The notes under the pieces: model-generated
The model's database searches: none
What the model was told of the DNA's origin: nothing
What the model saw: only the letters and a program-made list of their open reading frames with translations
DNA from: Nitrososphaerales archaeon
Lineage (GTDB): Archaea > Thermoproteota > Nitrososphaeria > Conexivisphaerales > UBA164
Direction: 5' to 3'
Assembly (NCBI GenBank): GCA_023256355.1
Contig: JAGDXJ010000030.1
Coordinates: 19,949 to 39,948 of the forward strand
DNA: 20,000 nt
Program-made: the position numbers and the translations under genes
Shown here: positions 17,316 through 20,000 of the stretch, piece after piece
How positions within the stretch are numbered: position 1 is the first letter of the stretch
Layout of the letters: each line of letters starts with the position of its first letter

Positions 17316-18638
17316 ATGTTTAATAATAATACTTATAAGTATAGTAATTTTATATATTTTGATGCGGAATTGACAAATTCAACTTCTACTCAAAAAGCAA
17401 CACCTTGGGAAATGGCTCTTCAACAACTAAAAAAGGCTGCAGATCTGTTAAACCTTGAAGAAGATCTCAGAGAAGTTCTCTCACACCCACAGAGAGAAGT
17501 TCAGGTATCCCTTCCAGTTAGAATGGATAACGGAAAGGTCAAAGTTTTTACAGGATATAGAGTTCAGCATAACAATGCAAGAGGGCCTTATAAAGGCGGC
17601 ATCAGATACCACCCGAACGTTTCTCTTGATGAAGTGAGAGCGCTTGCTATGTGGATGACGTGGAAAACAGCAGTTCTTGATCTTCCTCTAGGCGGTGCCA
17701 AAGGAGGTATTATTTGTGATCCTAAAACACTTTCACCGGGTGAGGTTGAAAGGCTTACAAGAAGGTACGCTTATGCAATTTCTGGTATTATAGGTCCTTA
17801 TGAAGATGTGCCAGCACCAGACGTTTACACAGGTCCTCAACACATGGCATGGATAATGGATACTTACAGCGCTCTTAAAGGGCATCTGGAACCAGGAGTC
17901 ATAACCGGCAAACCTATAGAGATAGGAGGAAGTTTGGGAAGGAACGATTCTACTTCAAGAGGTGTAGCAATAGTTGTAGCTGAGGCTGCCAAGAAGTTAA
18001 ACATAAACGTTAAAGGAGCAACAGTTTCCATACAGGGCTTTGGAAACGTTGGTTCAAACGCTGCTATTATAATGGCAAAAGAGTACGGTATGAAAGTAGT
18101 CGCTGTCAGTGACTCTAAAGGAGGCATATATAATAAGAACGGGCTTAACGTTGACAAAGTACTTGCCGAAAAAGAAAAATCCGGAACTGTGACAACATAT
18201 AAAGATGCAGAAAAGATAACCAACGATGAAGTTCTTACTTTGGATGTAGACGTGCTGGTTCCTGCTGCTCTTGAGCAGGTTATAACAAAAGACAACGCCG
18301 GAAAGATAAAAGCTAAGATCATAGGCGAAGGTGCAAACGGGCCGACAACTCCTGAGGCGGATGAAATATTATATCAGAAGGGAGCAGTAGTTATACCCGA
18401 TATTCTTGCTAACAGCGGTGGTGTAACAGTAAGCTACTTTGAATGGGTACAGGACTTAGAAAGGTTGCAGTGGTCACTTGAACAGGTTAACAAGATGCTA
18501 GAACAGAAGATGGTCAAAGCTTTCAATGATGTATATGATGCAAGCAAAAAATACAAGACAGATATGAGGACAGCAGCACTTACTGTAGCTGTATCAAGGG
18601 TCTCTCAAGCAATAAAGCTTCGTGGAATCTGGCCATAA
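17316..18638 (+). CDS. gdhA: Glutamate dehydrogenase
   Basis: 440 aa; [97 protein letters not shown]. Confidence 0.96.
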   Translation: MFNNNTYKYSNFIYFDAELTNSTSTQKATPWEMALQQLKKAADLLNLEEDLREVLSHPQREVQVSLPVRMDNGKVKVFTGYRVQHNNARGPYKGGIRYHPNVSLDEVRALAMWMTWKTAVLDLPLGGAKGGIICDPKTLSPGEVERLTRRYAYAISGIIGPYEDVPAPDVYTGPQHMAWIMDTYSALKGHLEPGVITGKPIEIGGSLGRNDSTSRGVAIVVAEAAKKLNINVKGATVSIQGFGNVGSNAAIIMAKEYGMKVVAVSDSKGGIYNKNGLNVDKVLAEKEKSGTVTTYKDAEKITNDEVLTLDVDVLVPAALEQVITKDNAGKIKAKIIGEGANGPTTPEADEILYQKGAVVIPDILANSGGVTVSYFEWVQDLERLQWSLEQVNKMLEQKMVKAFNDVYDASKKYKTDMRTAALTVAVSRVSQAIKLRGIWP

Positions 18639-18711
18639 ACGCTTTTAATTTTTACATTTTTTTGTTTAATTGTAAAAAATGTTTTTAAATAACCTGTTTT
18701 AATGCAAAATT

Positions 18712-20000
18712 ATGGTATTAGTAGAGCAGAAACAGCAAGAATCCCAAAAAGCTAGTGTTAGGTTTATCAGAAAAACAAGGAGCATATGTCCTGAGTGCAA
18801 CAGAGTAATCGACGCGGAAATATTTGAAAGAGATGGTGTTGTTTATATCGGAAAAACGTGCCCAAGACACGGTTATTTTGAGGACGTTTATTTTGGATCT
18901 TATGAAATGTACGATAGGTTTTCTAAATATGCAAGGGATGGTATAGGAATATCGAACCCTAAAACCGTTTTAAACAACATAACGTGTCCTGCTAGCTGTG
19001 GCCTTTGCAGTAATCACCTTAGCCATACCGCTCTTGCTAACCTAGTTGTTACTAACAGGTGTGATCTTAACTGCTGGTACTGTTTCTTTTACGCTGAAAA
19101 AGCCGGCTATATATATGAACCTACCATTGATCAGATAAGAAAGATGATAAGAAACCTTCTTAACGAAAAACCAATTCACGGCGTTGCGGTTCAAATAACG
19201 GGCGGTGAGCCAACAGTAAGGGATGATATATTAGACGTTATCAAGGCAATAAAAGAAGAAGGTATAACTCATATTCAGCTGAATTCAGATGGAGTAAACC
19301 TTTCTAGAAAGCCAGATCTGTGCAAACAGGTAAGAGAAGCGGGCGTAAACACTCTTTATGTAAGCTTTGATGGTGTTACACCTGAAACTAATCCAAAGAA
19401 CTACTGGGAGATCCCAGATCTTTTAAACAATTGTAGAAAAGCGGGTCTAGGTATGGTTTTGGTTCCAACTGTAATAAGAACGGTTAATGATCACGAAGTA
19501 GGGGATATGCTCAGGTTTGCTTTCTATAACATGGACATAGTTAGAGGGATAAATTATCAACCAGTTTCACTTGTCGGAAGGGTGCCAAAACACGAAAGAG
19601 ATAGGTTCAGAATAACTATACCTGATGTTATTGAAAGAATAGAAGAACAGACCGAGGGTGAAGTAAAGCAGGAAGATTGGTTCCCGGTACCTGCGGCCAT
19701 GCCTCTTTCGAGGTTTATAGAGGCATGGACCGGAGAGCTCAAATATGAACTCACAACACATTTTGCATGTGGCGCCGCAACATACATCTTTAACGATAAT
19801 GGAAAAATGGTACCTATTACAAGGTTCGTTGATGTTGACGGGCTTTTAAAATTCTTTGAAGAGAAAGCAGAAAAAATAGAACGCGGAGAAAACAAATATA
19901 TGGTTGGGCTTTCAGTAATCACAAACCTGCCCCGCTTTATAGATAGAAACAAAATGCCTTCAGGGCTGAATCTGACTAGGCTACTCATAAACATAATCAT
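18712..20000 (+). CDS. Radical SAM protein of the MJ0619/tetraether lipid synthase (Tes)-like family, 3' truncated by window edge
   Basis: Hand translation MVLVEQKQQESQKASVRFIRKTRSICPECNRVIDAEIFERDGVVYIGKTCPRHGYFEDVYFG...; N-terminal zinc-like cysteines, CX3CX2C motif NRCDLNCWYC, ITGGEPTVRDD. Not in the supplied ORF list because it runs off the edge. Confidence 0.85.
   Translation, partial: MVLVEQKQQESQKASVRFIRKTRSICPECNRVIDAEIFERDGVVYIGKTCPRHGYFEDVYFGSYEMYDRFSKYARDGIGISNPKTVLNNITCPASCGLCSNHLSHTALANLVVTNRCDLNCWYCFFYAEKAGYIYEPTIDQIRKMIRNLLNEKPIHGVAVQITGGEPTVRDDILDVIKAIKEEGITHIQLNSDGVNLSRKPDLCKQVREAGVNTLYVSFDGVTPETNPKNYWEIPDLLNNCRKAGLGMVLVPTVIRTVNDHEVGDMLRFAFYNMDIVRGINYQPVSLVGRVPKHERDRFRITIPDVIERIEEQTEGEVKQEDWFPVPAAMPLSRFIEAWTGELKYELTTHFACGAATYIFNDNGKMVPITRFVDVDGLLKFFEEKAEKIERGENKYMVGLSVITNLPRFIDRNKMPSGLNLTRLLINII

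Noticed and set aside
17455-18322. ORFs 17455-17637 (+) and 17864-18322 (-) inside gdhA.
   Set aside because: Alternate-frame and antisense ORFs within a strongly conserved GDH sequence.
19557-20000. Minus-strand ORFs at 19557-20000 and 19567-19761.
   Set aside because: Antisense to the radical SAM coding sequence, which carries clear family motifs.

Overview
This is a low-GC archaeal chromosomal window with mostly housekeeping genes and no mobile element, toxin-antitoxin system or defence system that I can support. Left to right: 3' part of a ThiL-like kinase (+); winged-helix hypothetical (-); a compact intergenic region with two perfect 28-nt direct repeats containing CTCCAGTGGAAATATAGGGG, which strongly resembles an archaeal Origin Recognition Box, then an AT-rich tract and Orc1/Cdc6 (+), so a candidate replication origin; RpoF (Rpb4) and ribosomal protein L21e (-); KdpB and KdpA with a membrane-tethered winged-helix protein but no recognisable KdpC (-); small membrane ORFan (+); GGGP synthase, ArgRS and phosphoglycolate phosphatase-like HAD (-); a stand-alone 5S rRNA (+) missed by the ORF track; ProC (-); MocA-like cytidylyltransferase; CoxS/CoxM/CoxL-type molybdenum hydroxylase with an interposed 38-aa small ORF; glutamate dehydrogenase; and an edge-truncated radical SAM protein of the MJ0619/tetraether-synthase type (+). 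The best leads are the candidate oriC, the apparently KdpC-less kdp locus with a membrane-bound regulator, the non-CODH-like active-site loop of the Cox-type enzyme, and the small unannotated ORFs.
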